Below, piece by piece: positions 45,515 through 57,869 of a DNA stretch of 64,000 nucleotides. How positions within the stretch are numbered: position 1 is the first letter of the stretch; the number at the start of each line of letters is the position of its first letter. Under the pieces are notes generated by a model, which was not told the origin of the DNA, made no database searches, and saw only the letters and a program-made list of their open reading frames with translations. The stretch lies in NCBI GenBank assembly GCA_002104945.1, contig MCFH01000096.1:1-64000 (forward strand), given 5' to 3'. Both the position numbers and the translations under genes were made by a program. This DNA comes from Piromyces finnis finn. Its lineage: Eukaryota; Fungi; Neocallimastigomycota.

Positions 45515-48500
45515 TGTTAAGGAATGAACATAAATAGTTGAATTAGCTAGAATTTTAGGAATTAACCTTCAACTATTTATATTCCTTACTAGTGTTTAAC
45601 TCTATTTTTAAAATATAAAAATTATAATATATAATTTTTATACATTTTTCTAGTAATTATTAATATTTTTATTATATAGTTATATTATTTGTATATAGTT
45701 ATTTAAGACCTTTATTATTAGTATTAGTATAATTACTTATAATATTTTATACTTATAAATTTTACAAAATTTTATTATTAAAATAGTTATAGGTATTTTA
45801 TTATTATTTAAGGTTTATTTTATTAATTAACTTTATTGTATAATATTTTATAATTTGAAATTATGACATAGAATTTAATTATAATTTTTACTAAAAGAGG
45901 CAACTGTTACACACAAAACAGAAGATACCTCGACAGAAAAATTATTATTTATGTCTAAAAAAGGGCATAATTAATTGAATAATATAATTTTATTATATGT
46001 CATAATTAAATATATAATATATGATATGCAAAAATGTTACACATATCATAAATTAAAATTTTATTAATTATAAATTAAAAATTTTTCTATTCAAATATTA
46101 AGAGATTATTCATAATATATATTAAGGATTTAATTAATATATGTTACAGTGAATGATCCATATATTATGAATGAAATCAATTTAAATCCTTAGCTATCCA
46201 AAACCATTAAATTTCAAATAATGGATAGTTGGAAAAAGTACGAGGATTTTTGAGAAAAATTTTAAAAATTGAAAAATCAAAAATAAATTAAATGAATAAA
46301 AATTTAAAATTAAATAAATTTTTATTTTTATAACTATTCAAGTGTTTTGTGATATCTTATTTGAACCGTAGCATAATTAATGGTGGAGATATCGGGGATA
46401 ATAATAACATATTGATATCACACTACATTTTTATAGTTACTTTTATATTTATTTTTGTATTATTATTTAATTAAAATAGTTAATAATTCAAAAGAGGGTT
46501 ATACTAGTATAATAAAAAGTTATATACTTCAAGGCACAAATTAAAATAGTTAATAGAGAGAAATTAATATTGTTAATTGGTGCAGTTAAGGAAGTATTTT
46601 ATATTGGTATTACTAGTTTAACTAAAGAGAATAATTATTAGTGTTGTTAATTAAATATATTTCAAATATTGTTGTAATTCATTCTTTTAAATTCTTATAA
46701 AAGAAAATTATTTTTTTTTAAACTTGTTTCATTCTTTAATATTATTGTAAAATTGTATTTTTATCTTTATTTAAAACTTGTATATAAAAATGAGTACGGG
46801 AGCTGATAAATCTATTGACTTTGCTAAATTAATGAAGAAATTAAAGCATGTCACTGGATTAACCGAAGATAATTTGGACATTAAGACTTGGTATAGTCAA
46901 TTAAAGTATTGGACTATGCTTCAAGATGTTAAAAGTCCAAAAATGGTGTTTCTAGCTTGTTTGTTTACTACTACAGGAACACCAAATGAACTTATTCAAG
47001 AGTTGAATCCTAATAAGGACTTTGAAAGTGATGAAGACAGTGAAGATAGTGATGAAGAAGATGAAGGTAGAGGAAAGAGAAGAGCTCACTACCCTTCCCT
47101 TAAAAAGATAGTCACTATGTTAGAAGAATTTTATGGAGTAAAGGAAGATCAAATAGAACTTCTCAAGGAGCTTAGGGATATGCGAATCAAAAAGAATGAA
47201 AAAGTAAAAGACTTCAACATAAGGTACCGTTCCTTGTATGTCAAACTAGACAAGAAGCGTAGAAGGAAAGTAGATGTTGAAGATTACTTAGATTCCATTG
47301 AGCCTAACTATAAAGCCTGGGAAAATGTGCGTAGGGAAAAAGAAGTTACTTTAGCAGAAGCCTACAAGCTTGCCGAAGATGGGGATAGACTAAATTTAAG
47401 AAATCGTCATAAAGCTAACAATTATGATGTATCCACCTCTTCTAACTCTGATAAAAGATATAAAAATAAATATGAAAGAAAAGAAGATAGCTATGAAAGG
47501 AACAAGAAGCCAACAATAGTGAATTATGGTAATGATAAGAAAGATCCTATGAATGAGTTGACGGAGAAAATGAGAAACTTAACTATCAAAACTTGCTACT
47601 TTTGCAACGAGAAGGGACACTTTCAATATCATTGTCCTAAACTGAGTGCCATAGTAGAAGAAAACAAACAAAAGGCCAGAAAAGGTCATTTAAATTAGAT
47701 AGTGGGAGAAGAAGCACTCCCAGTAATCCAAAAATAGCTTCACTTAATAACAGTTCAGTTGATAATAATGAGTACTCTGAATATTCTGAGTATTCTGACT
47801 TATCAGATAATGAAGAAATATCTTCTATTGAAGATAAAATTATTGCTGCAGCTAAAAGAAAAGCTAATGATGAAGAAGACTCTTCCAAGAAAAGAGTACA
47901 AAAATCATTAAAAGAAGACCCAAGACCAATAGTTACCCCTGCTACTAGGAAGCAACAAGAACGTGAACTCAGTAATGAGAGTTTAGAATCAGGTTCACCA
48001 TCACAACCCAAGAACCAACTTGACACGTCTGTTCTGAGTCAACCTAATATTAACAAGGAAAAAGAGAAAAGTAAAAGACTCAGAGAAAAACAAAGAAGTA
48101 AACCACCAACCCCCATAAATAAAGACGAAAGAGAAGAAAACGAAGATATGGAGGTCAGTATTGATACGGAAGATAAAGTAGAAGTAGAAAAAGCTAAAAA
48201 GAAAAATACAGATATTCTACCGACGTTATTGAAAATGACTAAAGATAAAGAAAAAGATAAAACTAAAGAGGAGAAAGTCACACGTAATATCCAAATGAGA
48301 GGTGATACCAGTGATTATGATATTTTTGAAGATTTAAACACAGCTAAATGTGATATTACTTATGGACAGTTATTTAATGTATGCCCAAAAATAAGAACAC
48401 AACTTTCCCAAGGACTAAAGTTAGAGAAAGTACTAGGCAAGGTATCAGGTGCATTAAATAACATAGTAGCTACTACAACCTTATTAAATAATATCAACCA

Positions 48501-50140
48501 TGACTATATAAGTAAGAATAATGAAGCTTCAGAAGAAGATATAGCAATGGTGGATGCGACTGTGGATGGGATACCAGGAAAACTACTGGTGGATACGTGT
48601 AGTAACTTAAATGTTATTACATCTTCTTTTTACAAAAGACTACCAAAGGAATATGAAGTGGTAGGAATAAGCAAAGGACGTATTCGACTAGCTACTACTG
48701 ATGAAGAATACTCTGAGGGTACTGTGGTGCGTATACCAGTTAGAATAGGAGAGGTAGAACTAGTGGTTGACTTCAGAATACTTGAAAAAGAAGAACCGTT
48801 CTATGATATGTTAATAAATTATAAAACTCAAGTAGATAATTTATTATATATAAATCCAGTAACCAAGAGCTTATGTCAAGTGAAAGAAAGAGGTGTAGTA
48901 GAAGAAATAGTACCTATCAATAACCAATATTATAATGAAGGAAAATTGGTATGTACTATTAAGAAGATACCAGATGGAGATACTAAAAGCTTGAAGTCTA
49001 TTGAAGGTTTACCACCTCAGGAGTATATACACAATGAGATATTCTTGAACACCTTACCAAAAGATAAACGGAAAGAAATACTCCGACTTTTGGAAGAAAA
49101 CTTAGAGATTATTGCGACGTCTTCTGAGGAATTAACGCCTTCTAAATTATCACCACATAAAATAAATCTAAAGGCTGGTGTAAAACCAGTTAAACAAAGA
49201 GCTTATAGGTTAACTAAATTTAAATCAGATATACTAAAAGAAGAGTTAACTAAGCTAATAGAAAAAAAGTTAATAGAGCCGTCCTATTCAGAATGGTCCT
49301 CCCCTGTAGTTCTGGTTCCAAAACATAATGGTAAGTGGAGAATGTGTGTGGACTATAGGAGAGTGAACGACCTCACGGAAAAGGACTCTTATTCACTCCC
49401 CTATATTGATGAAATATTTGATAGTCTGAACGGAGCCAAAATATTCACTACTATGGACTTATATTCAGGTTATCATCAAATTTCTATGCATGAGGAAAGC
49501 ACTGAGGTTACTAGTTTTACTACCAAGTTTGGTAACTATCAGTTTAAGGTCATGCCGTTTGGGTTAACTAATGCACCAGCAACTTTTCAGAGGGAAATGA
49601 ATAAGATATTATTTCCTTTAATAGGAAATTGTGTATATAATTTTATTGATGATGTACTCATATATTCCAAGAGTGTGGAAGAACACATGGAACATATTAA
49701 GAGAGTATTTGAAATATTGAAAGAAAATGAATTAAAAATAAATCTTGAGAAATGTAGTTTTATGAAGGAAGAAGTAAATGTATTAGGTCACAGGTTATCT
49801 ACTAAAGGTTTGAGTCCTTTGGAAAGTAAAATAGAAGCCATAAGGAAGTGGGAAGCTCCAGGAAATATTCATGAGTTACGTTCGTTTTTGGGTGCAGTAG
49901 GATATTATCGAAATTTTATTCCTAATTATTCTCAAGTAACCGCGCCCTTATGTGAGTTATTAAAGAAAAATGTACGATATAAATGGGAAGAAAAACATGA
50001 AAAAGCATTTAAAGTATTAAAAGAAAAACTGATAAACGCTCCCATTTTAAAGTTTCCTGAATTTGATAAGCCTTTTATCATACGTACGGACGCGTCGTAT
50101 GAAGGAGTGGGTGGTGTTTTATTACAAGAAGATGAAACTA
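45515..50140 (+). mobile_element. Gypsy C copy 2, truncated in RNase H (5' LTR 45515-46373; PBS 46381-97)
   Basis: Near-identical to C1; its LTR is ~27 bp longer; homology ends at ...GATGAAACTA 50140. Confidence 0.93.
46778..47698 (+). CDS. gag: gag of Gypsy C2
   Basis: Near-identical to 19148..20068. Confidence 0.9.
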   Translation: MYIKMSTGADKSIDFAKLMKKLKHVTGLTEDNLDIKTWYSQLKYWTMLQDVKSPKMVFLACLFTTTGTPNELIQELNPNKDFESDEDSEDSDEEDEGRGKRRAHYPSLKKIVTMLEEFYGVKEDQIELLKELRDMRIKKNEKVKDFNIRYRSLYVKLDKKRRRKVDVEDYLDSIEPNYKAWENVRREKEVTLAEAYKLAEDGDRLNLRNRHKANNYDVSTSSNSDKRYKNKYERKEDSYERNKKPTIVNYGNDKKDPMNELTEKMRNLTIKTCYFCNEKGHFQYHCPKLSAIVEENKQKARKGHLN

Positions 50141-50154
50141 TTTTCAATATTTAA
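47689..50154 (+). pseudogene. pol: Truncated pol of Gypsy C2 (PR, RT, start of RH)
   Basis: T TTA AAT at 47689-95; the -1 frame is open into track ORF 48148..50154; no integrase. Confidence 0.9.
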
Positions 50155-53100
50155 AGAAGGTGGGGCTTGAATCCAAACTAGATCATCAATTTTAAAATTT
50201 GGAGCTTCTAAACGACTTTTATCCACTCTTCTTTTATACAATTCTTTGGAGCGTAGTAACACTTCTTTTATGTGGTTGAATGCATCATTAACGTTTTGAA
50301 CTAGTTTATGATTAATATTACATTGTGGTAATAGGGTCATTTCATCCATCGGAGGATGAAAACCATAATTAATGAAGAATGGTGTTTCTTTGGTTGATTC
50401 ATTAACAGCATTGTTATAAGCGAATTCTGCAAGTGGAAGCCAGTCAACCCAATCGTCATGATAAAAAGACTTGGAATAACATCTAAGATACTGTTCAATA
50501 AAAGAATTTGACCTCTCGACCTGTCCAACAGTTTCATGATGGTCAGTAGTAGCTATTCTTGGATGAATATATAATAAATCCAAAAATTCGAGCCAAACAT
50601 CACTTGTGAATTGTGAGCCTCTATCAGTATATAGGTCATAAGGGAGACCATGTAGACGATATACATTGTTTAAAAAAGCTTTAGCAGTTTGTGCTGCATT
50701 TGGAACTTGTTTAAACGGAACTAGGTGAATCATTTTGGAAAAGCGGTCAACCACTACCATAATAACGGTGTATCCTTTAGACTCAGGAAGGCCACAAAGA
50801 AAATCAATTTCTATAGATTTCCATGGGCGTTCTGGAGTATCTAAGGGTTGCAATTTTCCATACTTACGATGTCTAGTTACTTTATTTCTTGCGCATGTTT
50901 CACAAGAATTAACAAATTTAGTGACATCATCTTTAATTTTAGGCCACCAAAAATTTCGAGTTATCAATTCTAAAGTTCTTTTTATACCAAGATGTCCAGC
51001 AGAGGGTTGTTCATGATATTTCATAAGAACATCTAAACGTAGTTTTTCAGGAATATAAACTAAGTTATTATATAGAATAAGATTATTTTTTAATTCAAAC
51101 TTGTTCATTTTCCTAAATGGTTTATAAGCCTTTTGGTCATTATATGGGCTGAAATATAACATAATATCCTTAGCGGTTTCATCATCCTTTAAGTATTGAA
51201 TAACTTGTTCCAAGAAGTTACTCATAATACCTATGAAGCTTGGTATGAGTTTTACATTTTTTGAGTCTAAAATAAATTCTGGCTTTACTTCATAAGTCTT
51301 ATCCATGTAATCAGGTCTGCGAGATAGACTATCAGGTTTACCATTCTTACGACCTTGTCTGTATATAAATTCAAAATTGTATTCTTGAAAGAAAAGGTGC
51401 CAGCGATGTTGTCTTTGATTACCTACCTTTCCTCCAAGAGTATAAAGTAAGTTTCTATGATCAGTGTAAACTTTTATTTTGTACTTAGCACCAAGAAGAA
51501 GGTGCCTCCAAGTAGAGAAAGAATCCTTAATGGCTAATAATTCTTTATCTGTTATAGAATAGTTAACTTCAGAACTACTGAGACTTCTGGAATAGTAAGC
51601 AACAGGATGTAAACGATTTTCTGAATCATATTGAGATAGTATAGAACCAATAGCAACATTACTTGCATCACATTCTAAAATATATTGTTTTTGAGGATCA
51701 GGATGTGATAAAATAGGTGCGGAAGTTAAACGAGTTTTTAAAATGTTAAATGAGGATTCACATTCTGTAGACCACTTGAACTTTGCATTCTTTTTTGTTA
51801 AGTTGTGGAGGGGTTTAGCCAAGTCTGCAAAATTCATTACAAAGCGTCTATAATAGTTACAAAGACCTAAAAATCTTTGTACATCCTTAACTGTGGTAGG
51901 AGTAGGCCAATTTTTGATTGATTCTATCTTTTTTGGGTCGGTAGCAATTCCTGAACCTGAAATAACATACCCTAAGAATTCAACTTGTGGTTTGTCGAAT
52001 TCACATTTAGGAAGCTTAGCGTATAGATTATTTTCTAATAGTTTTGAAAGAACTTCACGTACATGTTGGTGGTGTTCTTCTAAGGTTTTTGAAAATATAA
52101 GAATATCATCCAAATAGAGAATAACAGATTTTTCTAAGAAAGGTCTGAGAACAGAATTTATAAATGCCTGGAAAGTAGCAGGAGCATTACGTAAACCAAA
52201 TGGCATCACTAAATATTCATAGTAACCAAATTTTGTGCGAAAAGCAGTTTTATATTCGTCACCATTTCTTATTCTAACTAAATTATAAGCAGAGCGTAAG
52301 TCGAGCTTGGTGAAATAATTTGCACCTTTGACACGTTCTATAATGTCGGTAATAAGCGGTATTGGGTAGGAATTACGTATCGTTACAGAATTGAGTTTTT
52401 TATAATCAATACAAACTCTAAGAGTACCATCTTTCTTTTTCTGGAACACCACTGGATATCCTGCGGGTGATTCGGATGGTCTAATAAAGCCTTTTTCTAA
52501 ATTTTCCTTGATATACTCTTCTAAAACTTTTGATTCTTCTTCTGATAAAGGATAGATGGGACCATAATGAAGAGTAGCATCTTTTTCTAGTACTATTTTG
52601 CAATCTGTAATTCTATGTGGCGGTAGTTTATCAGCTTCTTGTTTGCTGAAAACTTTTGCCAAATCTCGATAGGGTTCTGGAATATCCTCAATAGTATGTT
52701 CTTCTAAATTGCTTACTTCTTCTGGTTTTTCGGACAAAAAAGTATGAATTAAATAATTATAATTATATCCATCATAATTATTTTTATTTAATATAACTTT
52801 TTTAGAAAATTTGGAACGTTTAAATTTGAATTTGTGGAATCGACCATTTTTCTTCTTCTTAAAGGTTTTGGATCTGAAATAAAAATTATGAATTTTATTT
52901 TTTAAATTATAAAAAGTAGCGGAATATTTTTTATCATTATTTGCACCTGTAGAAGTGGTAGGTGTAGTATTCTTATCATTTCTATTATAAGAAATGAATT
53001 TTTCTAAATTTAAAAACTTAGTAGCATGCTTCATATTGAATTTCTTTTTGTTAAAATCATATTTTAAATTTGAATATAAATATTTTTTATTGTAATTATA

Positions 53101-53538
53101 ATGAATTTCATATTTGGACATGAATATATTTCCAAATAATAAATCTGCCGGAATATAATCTGCAAGTAAAAATTTTTCTTTGAAATTGATGAAATGAAAT
53201 TTATTGTTGATAAATAGTTTTAACTGGAAGTTTAGTTTGATATATTCATCAAGTTCAATTGAAGTACCACTGATACCTTGTACAGTGATAACATTATTCA
53301 TTTTATGAGGATGTAATTGTAATGTACGTAATAGTTTGTACGACATAAAATTACAATAAGATCCACTATCTAATAGTGATGTACATATAGTTTTATTATG
53401 TATTTTATTTGTACCTCCATTATTGGATAATATATATGTATTAAAAGTAAAGAATGTTGAAGGTAACGTATTATCTTTATTGATAGTGGGAAAAGTGTAG
53501 TTTAATATTTTTATATTCGAGTGGTGATGGGACTTCAA
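50122..53538 (-). CDS. pol: pol of Gypsy A3 (PR-RT-RH-IN), C-terminally truncated
   Basis: LLDSGS, YLDDIL, ECDASN, TDRGSQF; the last codons derive from the C2 junction. Confidence 0.92.
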   Translation of the reverse strand: MKSHHHSNIKILNYTFPTINKDNTLPSTFFTFNTYILSNNGGTNKIHNKTICTSLLDSGSYCNFMSYKLLRTLQLHPHKMNNVITVQGISGTSIELDEYIKLNFQLKLFINNKFHFINFKEKFLLADYIPADLLFGNIFMSKYEIHYNYNKKYLYSNLKYDFNKKKFNMKHATKFLNLEKFISYNRNDKNTTPTTSTGANNDKKYSATFYNLKNKIHNFYFRSKTFKKKKNGRFHKFKFKRSKFSKKVILNKNNYDGYNYNYLIHTFLSEKPEEVSNLEEHTIEDIPEPYRDLAKVFSKQEADKLPPHRITDCKIVLEKDATLHYGPIYPLSEEESKVLEEYIKENLEKGFIRPSESPAGYPVVFQKKKDGTLRVCIDYKKLNSVTIRNSYPIPLITDIIERVKGANYFTKLDLRSAYNLVRIRNGDEYKTAFRTKFGYYEYLVMPFGLRNAPATFQAFINSVLRPFLEKSVILYLDDILIFSKTLEEHHQHVREVLSKLLENNLYAKLPKCEFDKPQVEFLGYVISGSGIATDPKKIESIKNWPTPTTVKDVQRFLGLCNYYRRFVMNFADLAKPLHNLTKKNAKFKWSTECESSFNILKTRLTSAPILSHPDPQKQYILECDASNVAIGSILSQYDSENRLHPVAYYSRSLSSSEVNYSITDKELLAIKDSFSTWRHLLLGAKYKIKVYTDHRNLLYTLGGKVGNQRQHRWHLFFQEYNFEFIYRQGRKNGKPDSLSRRPDYMDKTYEVKPEFILDSKNVKLIPSFIGIMSNFLEQVIQYLKDDETAKDIMLYFSPYNDQKAYKPFRKMNKFELKNNLILYNNLVYIPEKLRLDVLMKYHEQPSAGHLGIKRTLELITRNFWWPKIKDDVTKFVNSCETCARNKVTRHRKYGKLQPLDTPERPWKSIEIDFLCGLPESKGYTVIMVVVDRFSKMIHLVPFKQVPNAAQTAKAFLNNVYRLHGLPYDLYTDRGSQFTSDVWLEFLDLLYIHPRIATTDHHETVGQVERSNSFIEQYLRCYSKSFYHDDWVDWLPLAEFAYNNAVNESTKETPFFINYGFHPPMDEMTLLPQCNINHKLVQNVNDAFNHIKEVLLRSKELYKRRVDKSRLEAPNFKIDDLVWIQAPPSLNIENSFIFL

Positions 53539-55613
53539 TGGAAGTCCTTTATTTAGTTTTTTGAACTAATTTTTTGAGCCTTATAATTGTTGTTATAGTA
53601 ATTATTATTATGTTTTTGGAAGTTATTGCTATTGTTATTGTTATTGTTATTGTTGTTGTATGGTCTGTGGTGGTTGAAATGTGAATTTCTTTTCTTGTTA
53701 GATTTGGAACTGGAAGACTGGGTAATCTTATTCTTTGTAGAAAGAGAACTTTCAATCAAAATACATCTAGTTATAATGGACTCCATAGTGGTTGGAAATA
53801 CCTCCATCTTTTCAATTTCTTCCTGATATTTTGGATGTAACCCATTGTAAAAGATTAAAGATAATGCTTCTTCATTCCATTTAAATTGTTGTGAAAGAGA
53901 GCGGAATTCTTCGATATAATCATTTATTTTACCATATTGTTGTTTTAAACGAATTATTTTGATTTTAGCTATCTTGTAACTAGCAACATTGGAGAAAGCA
54001 ATTCTTAATCCATCCAATAATTCTTGCATGGTAGCTGGATAAATATTATCCTTGTACTTGGCAAGATACCAATTTCTAGCAGCATCACGAAGACGGGATT
54101 GTTCAAAATTAATTTTTGTTTCTTCTGGTAAAGATCGATTTGGTAGAGTTTTAAAAGTATCTTCACATAATTGGCAAAATAGATCGGTCTCACTAGTCTT
54201 ACCGGAAAACATACCTGGATCTGGGACTTGAGTAATTGGGGTAGCAAAACGACCTCTCATGATAACATCATGATCTAAGTCAAATCTTGTTGAAGTAGAT
54301 TCATCATCTCTAAAGGCAGTAGGTCTTGGAGTAGCTATCCTATCATAGTTGGTATGTAACAATGGATGTTCATCTTCATTCTGAGTAACTTGACTATTAT
54401 TCATACTGGTTAATACTCCCATGATTTCATTTAAACGATTGTTCACATCATTGGAAAAATTTTGAAAATCTTCACGGAAAACCAAATTTTCATTGATACC
54501 CTCAATGATATCTTTGGCAGTCTGAGTAGCATCCTCTCTAAGTTGGTTTACCTCGTCTGGGAAGTTAGGAACTGGAGTGAACATTCTAAAGTAGCCACTA
54601 AACAGCGGGTAAAGATTATTGTTAAGTTTTTGGATTTGGTTATGCGGCCAGGTCAGAATGTTAGCAATTATATAGTAAATATGTTTTTAAGAAATTAAAT
54701 TTAAATATAAAATAACCCTTTAAACTTCCAAATGAAAAATTAATATTTATTCTTTAGAATAACTTTTTTTTATAAAATTTTATTTATTTATTAATAATAA
54801 TATAAATGATAATATATTTAATAACTATATAATTAAGATTATAACTATAATCTTTACAAAGAATTAAAATCAAATTCAATTCATTCTATTTTATATTCTT
54901 TGTTCAGATTATTAAATTGATAAAAATAAAGTATTACATGTAATATGTTAATAATATAATAAGATTGTTTGTTTGTTTGTTTGTTTTGTCATGACATAAA
55001 ATAAAATAAACATATGATTAATCATTTAAACACTTGATCCATTAACCTATTTTATAATAATTAAAATTATTTAATTTATAAATGTTAACTGTTACACCTA
55101 AATGGTTTAGTTCTATTTTTAGTAACAGTCACTATCATTAATTAAATTAATATAATTAGAATTTCTATTGATATCTTTTTAATTTTCGTCAAGTCATAAG
55201 AAATGTCTATGATCCATACTTGATATCATATTAATTTTAATTTACTTATTAAAATCTTCAAATGATCATATCTTCCTTAAATGACCAGTTAGAAGGACCG
55301 CGATTGTACCAAAATATAGCTTTTTCCTTAAGCTTTCTAATAAACCCGGTTTCACAACCGTAGCACTTACAGCCGTAGCGATCGTTTTTGGCAAGTTACA
55401 CCTTGTTTCGTGTTTGTTTATTTTTGGTTAAGGGTTATAGTGTATTGATATTAAATTTTTTGAAATCATAACCCTTTCACTGAATCAGAATTTAAAAGGT
55501 GACTTTTAAAGGTGTTTTAAAATAATTATTGGGATTATTTAATTCTAATTATTATGTTTAATTAATTATAGATATTATCTGAATTTGTTTTAAATCCAGT
55601 TAATATCTTCACA
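50141..55613 (-). mobile_element. Gypsy A copy 3 (5' LTR 54620-55613; lacks IN C-terminus and 3' LTR)
   Basis: TGTGAAG start; PBS 54609-19; intact gag; frameshift site 53556-62; pol truncated after WIQAPPSLNIE. Confidence 0.93.
53553..54584 (-). CDS. gag: gag of Gypsy A3 (343 aa, intact)
   Basis: Full ORF from MFTPVP. Confidence 0.92.
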   Translation of the reverse strand: MFTPVPNFPDEVNQLREDATQTAKDIIEGINENLVFREDFQNFSNDVNNRLNEIMGVLTSMNNSQVTQNEDEHPLLHTNYDRIATPRPTAFRDDESTSTRFDLDHDVIMRGRFATPITQVPDPGMFSGKTSETDLFCQLCEDTFKTLPNRSLPEETKINFEQSRLRDAARNWYLAKYKDNIYPATMQELLDGLRIAFSNVASYKIAKIKIIRLKQQYGKINDYIEEFRSLSQQFKWNEEALSLIFYNGLHPKYQEEIEKMEVFPTTMESIITRCILIESSLSTKNKITQSSSSKSNKKRNSHFNHHRPYNNNNNNNNNSNNFQKHNNNYYNNNYKAQKISSKN

Positions 55614-56239
55614 ATTTTTTCCATGTGTCCAAATTTTTTAAATTTTTATATATGTTATTGTGACGAAATGATAACGGATTGGTAGTTATATTACAACTTT
55701 TTAACTACTTCTTCTGTTATCTTATATTGTTTTATCTCGACAGCTATTGTACGAGCTTTAACAATATCTACTAGTTTTATTAATTTATTTTAAGTTATTT
55801 TATAATTTTAATAGTTTTATTATTTTAATAATATTTATATAGAATAATAACACCAGATTTATTCTATAAAATATTATTTATTATTAACACAATAATTACA
55901 AATTAGACAAGTTTAATTTCGTTTTTATATTTTCTTTTATTTATTGTTCTTACGCTCTTTTTAACAATAATTTTATTATATAAAAACTTATTTTTGTCTT
56001 TTAAATATATTATGTATTCACTAATTAATTATATTAACTATTATTAAAATTTAACTTATTATTAATAATCTAAGTCTTCTTATTTTCTACTAAAAAATAT
56101 TATTATTCTTTATAATAAAAATTATTTTTATAATTTAACCCAATCAAATATATAAATTTATAAAATATTTGATTTTATGTAAATTATATTTTTATAATAA
56201 ACTATATAAAATTATTTAATAATTATTTTATAATAAAAT

Positions 56240-57083
56240 TGTCACGAATACTAGTGAAAATACAATTTCAAGATCACTTGGAATTGTGAAATCACTTATG
56301 AAAATTCAAAATCAACAAATATTTTATTTTCAAGTAAATTATAAAATTTTATTAAGAAATATTTAAAAATTTAGGAAAGGTTAAAATATGACCTTAACCC
56401 TTAATAATTTTTATAATAAATAACTTTAACCCTTATCGTTAAAATGGAATAAGGAAAAACACGCGTATCTCCTCAACGAATGACGATTTTTGAATAAAAA
56501 TGTTTTGGTTATAATTACGTTCGTTAGAAAGCCACGCTCGAGACAAACAACATATCTTAAAATCAGGTCAATATCTCTGCTGGTTCACGAGATATTCCAA
56601 TTTAAAGATATTTTGTTAGCAATGATTAATTGTTTATTCAGAGAATGATCACCCCTGATATATCAAACATAAATCATTCACTCAAAGTATAAAAATTATT
56701 GTTTAATTAAATTAAAATTATTAACTATAAATTATTAACTATAAATTATTAACTATGAATTATTAACTATAAATTATTAACTATAAATTATTAACTATGA
56801 ATTATTAACTATAGATTATTAACTAGAAATTATTAACTATTAATAATAATTAATACTTAATGAGTATTACTACTAAATAATCTTATTATTATATTTTAGC
56901 AATATATTATTAAATAAAATAAAAGAAATTATTTTAACCATAATATATAATTTAATTATTCATTTATAAATCAATTAAGATTATTTTAATAAAATATTTT
57001 TTTTTTCTAACCTAGTTATCTTTTAACCTTTTATTTAATTTGATATTTTAATATTAAATTATAAGTTTAGTAAAACTTTTACA
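56240..57083. mobile_element. Solo LTR H (844 bp) with 5-bp TSD AAAAT
   Basis: TGT...ACA; AAAAT at 56235-39 and 57084-88; removing it restores D'. Confidence 0.8.
56715..56840 (+). repeat. 14-bp minisatellite AAATTATTAACTAT x9
   Basis: Nine contiguous units counted. Confidence 0.95.
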
Positions 57084-57869
57084 AAAATTTTCTACTAATA
57101 TCAAATGTATAATATATTTATAATTATTATTTATCATCTGATAAATAATAATTATAAATATATTATACATTTGATATTAGTAGAAATTTTTATTATAAAA
57201 TAATTATTAAATAATTTTATATAGTTTATTATAAAAATATAATTTACATAAAATCAAATATTTTATAAATTTATATATTTGATTGGGTTAAATTATAAAA
57301 ATAATTTTTATTATAAAGAATAATAATAATTTTTAGTAGAAAATGGGAAGACTTAACATATTAATAAGAAGTTGAATTTTTAATAATAGTTAATATAGTT
57401 AGTTAAATAATACATAATAATAATTAAAAGACAAAAATAAGTTTTTATATAATAAAAATTATTGTTAAAAAAAAGTATAAAAACAATAAATAAAAGAAAA
57501 TATAAAAACGAAATTAAACTTGTCTAGTTTGTAATTATTGTGTTAATAATAAATAATATTTTATAGAATAAATCTGGTGTTATTATTCTATATAAATATT
57601 ATTAAATAATAAAACTATAAATATTATAAAATATTATAAAATAAATTAAAATAAATAATAAAACAAGTAGATATTGTTAAAGCTCGTACAATAGCTGTCG
57701 AGATAAAACAATATAAGGTAACGAATAAGTAGTTTAAAAAGTTGTAATATAACTACCAATCCGTTATCAAGTGGTGGAGAACCTCAGTCGTCCCGTGGGA
57801 AAGCCGAAAATTTAAATAATTCCTATTAATTAGTATATTTAGTATAATTATCTTATTTATTTACTAAAT

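Larger units (their letters stand above)
55669..57136 (-). mobile_element. Solo LTR D' (diverged, inverted relative to D), split by H
   Basis: 55669-56239 + 57084-57136 is the reverse complement of a D-type LTR; GAAA at 55665-68 and 61673-76 is a candidate TSD. Confidence 0.85.

Noticed and set aside
56715-56840. 14-bp and 18-bp (26731-26964) repeats as CRISPR arrays
   Set aside because: Contiguous units without spacers, in a eukaryotic TE context.
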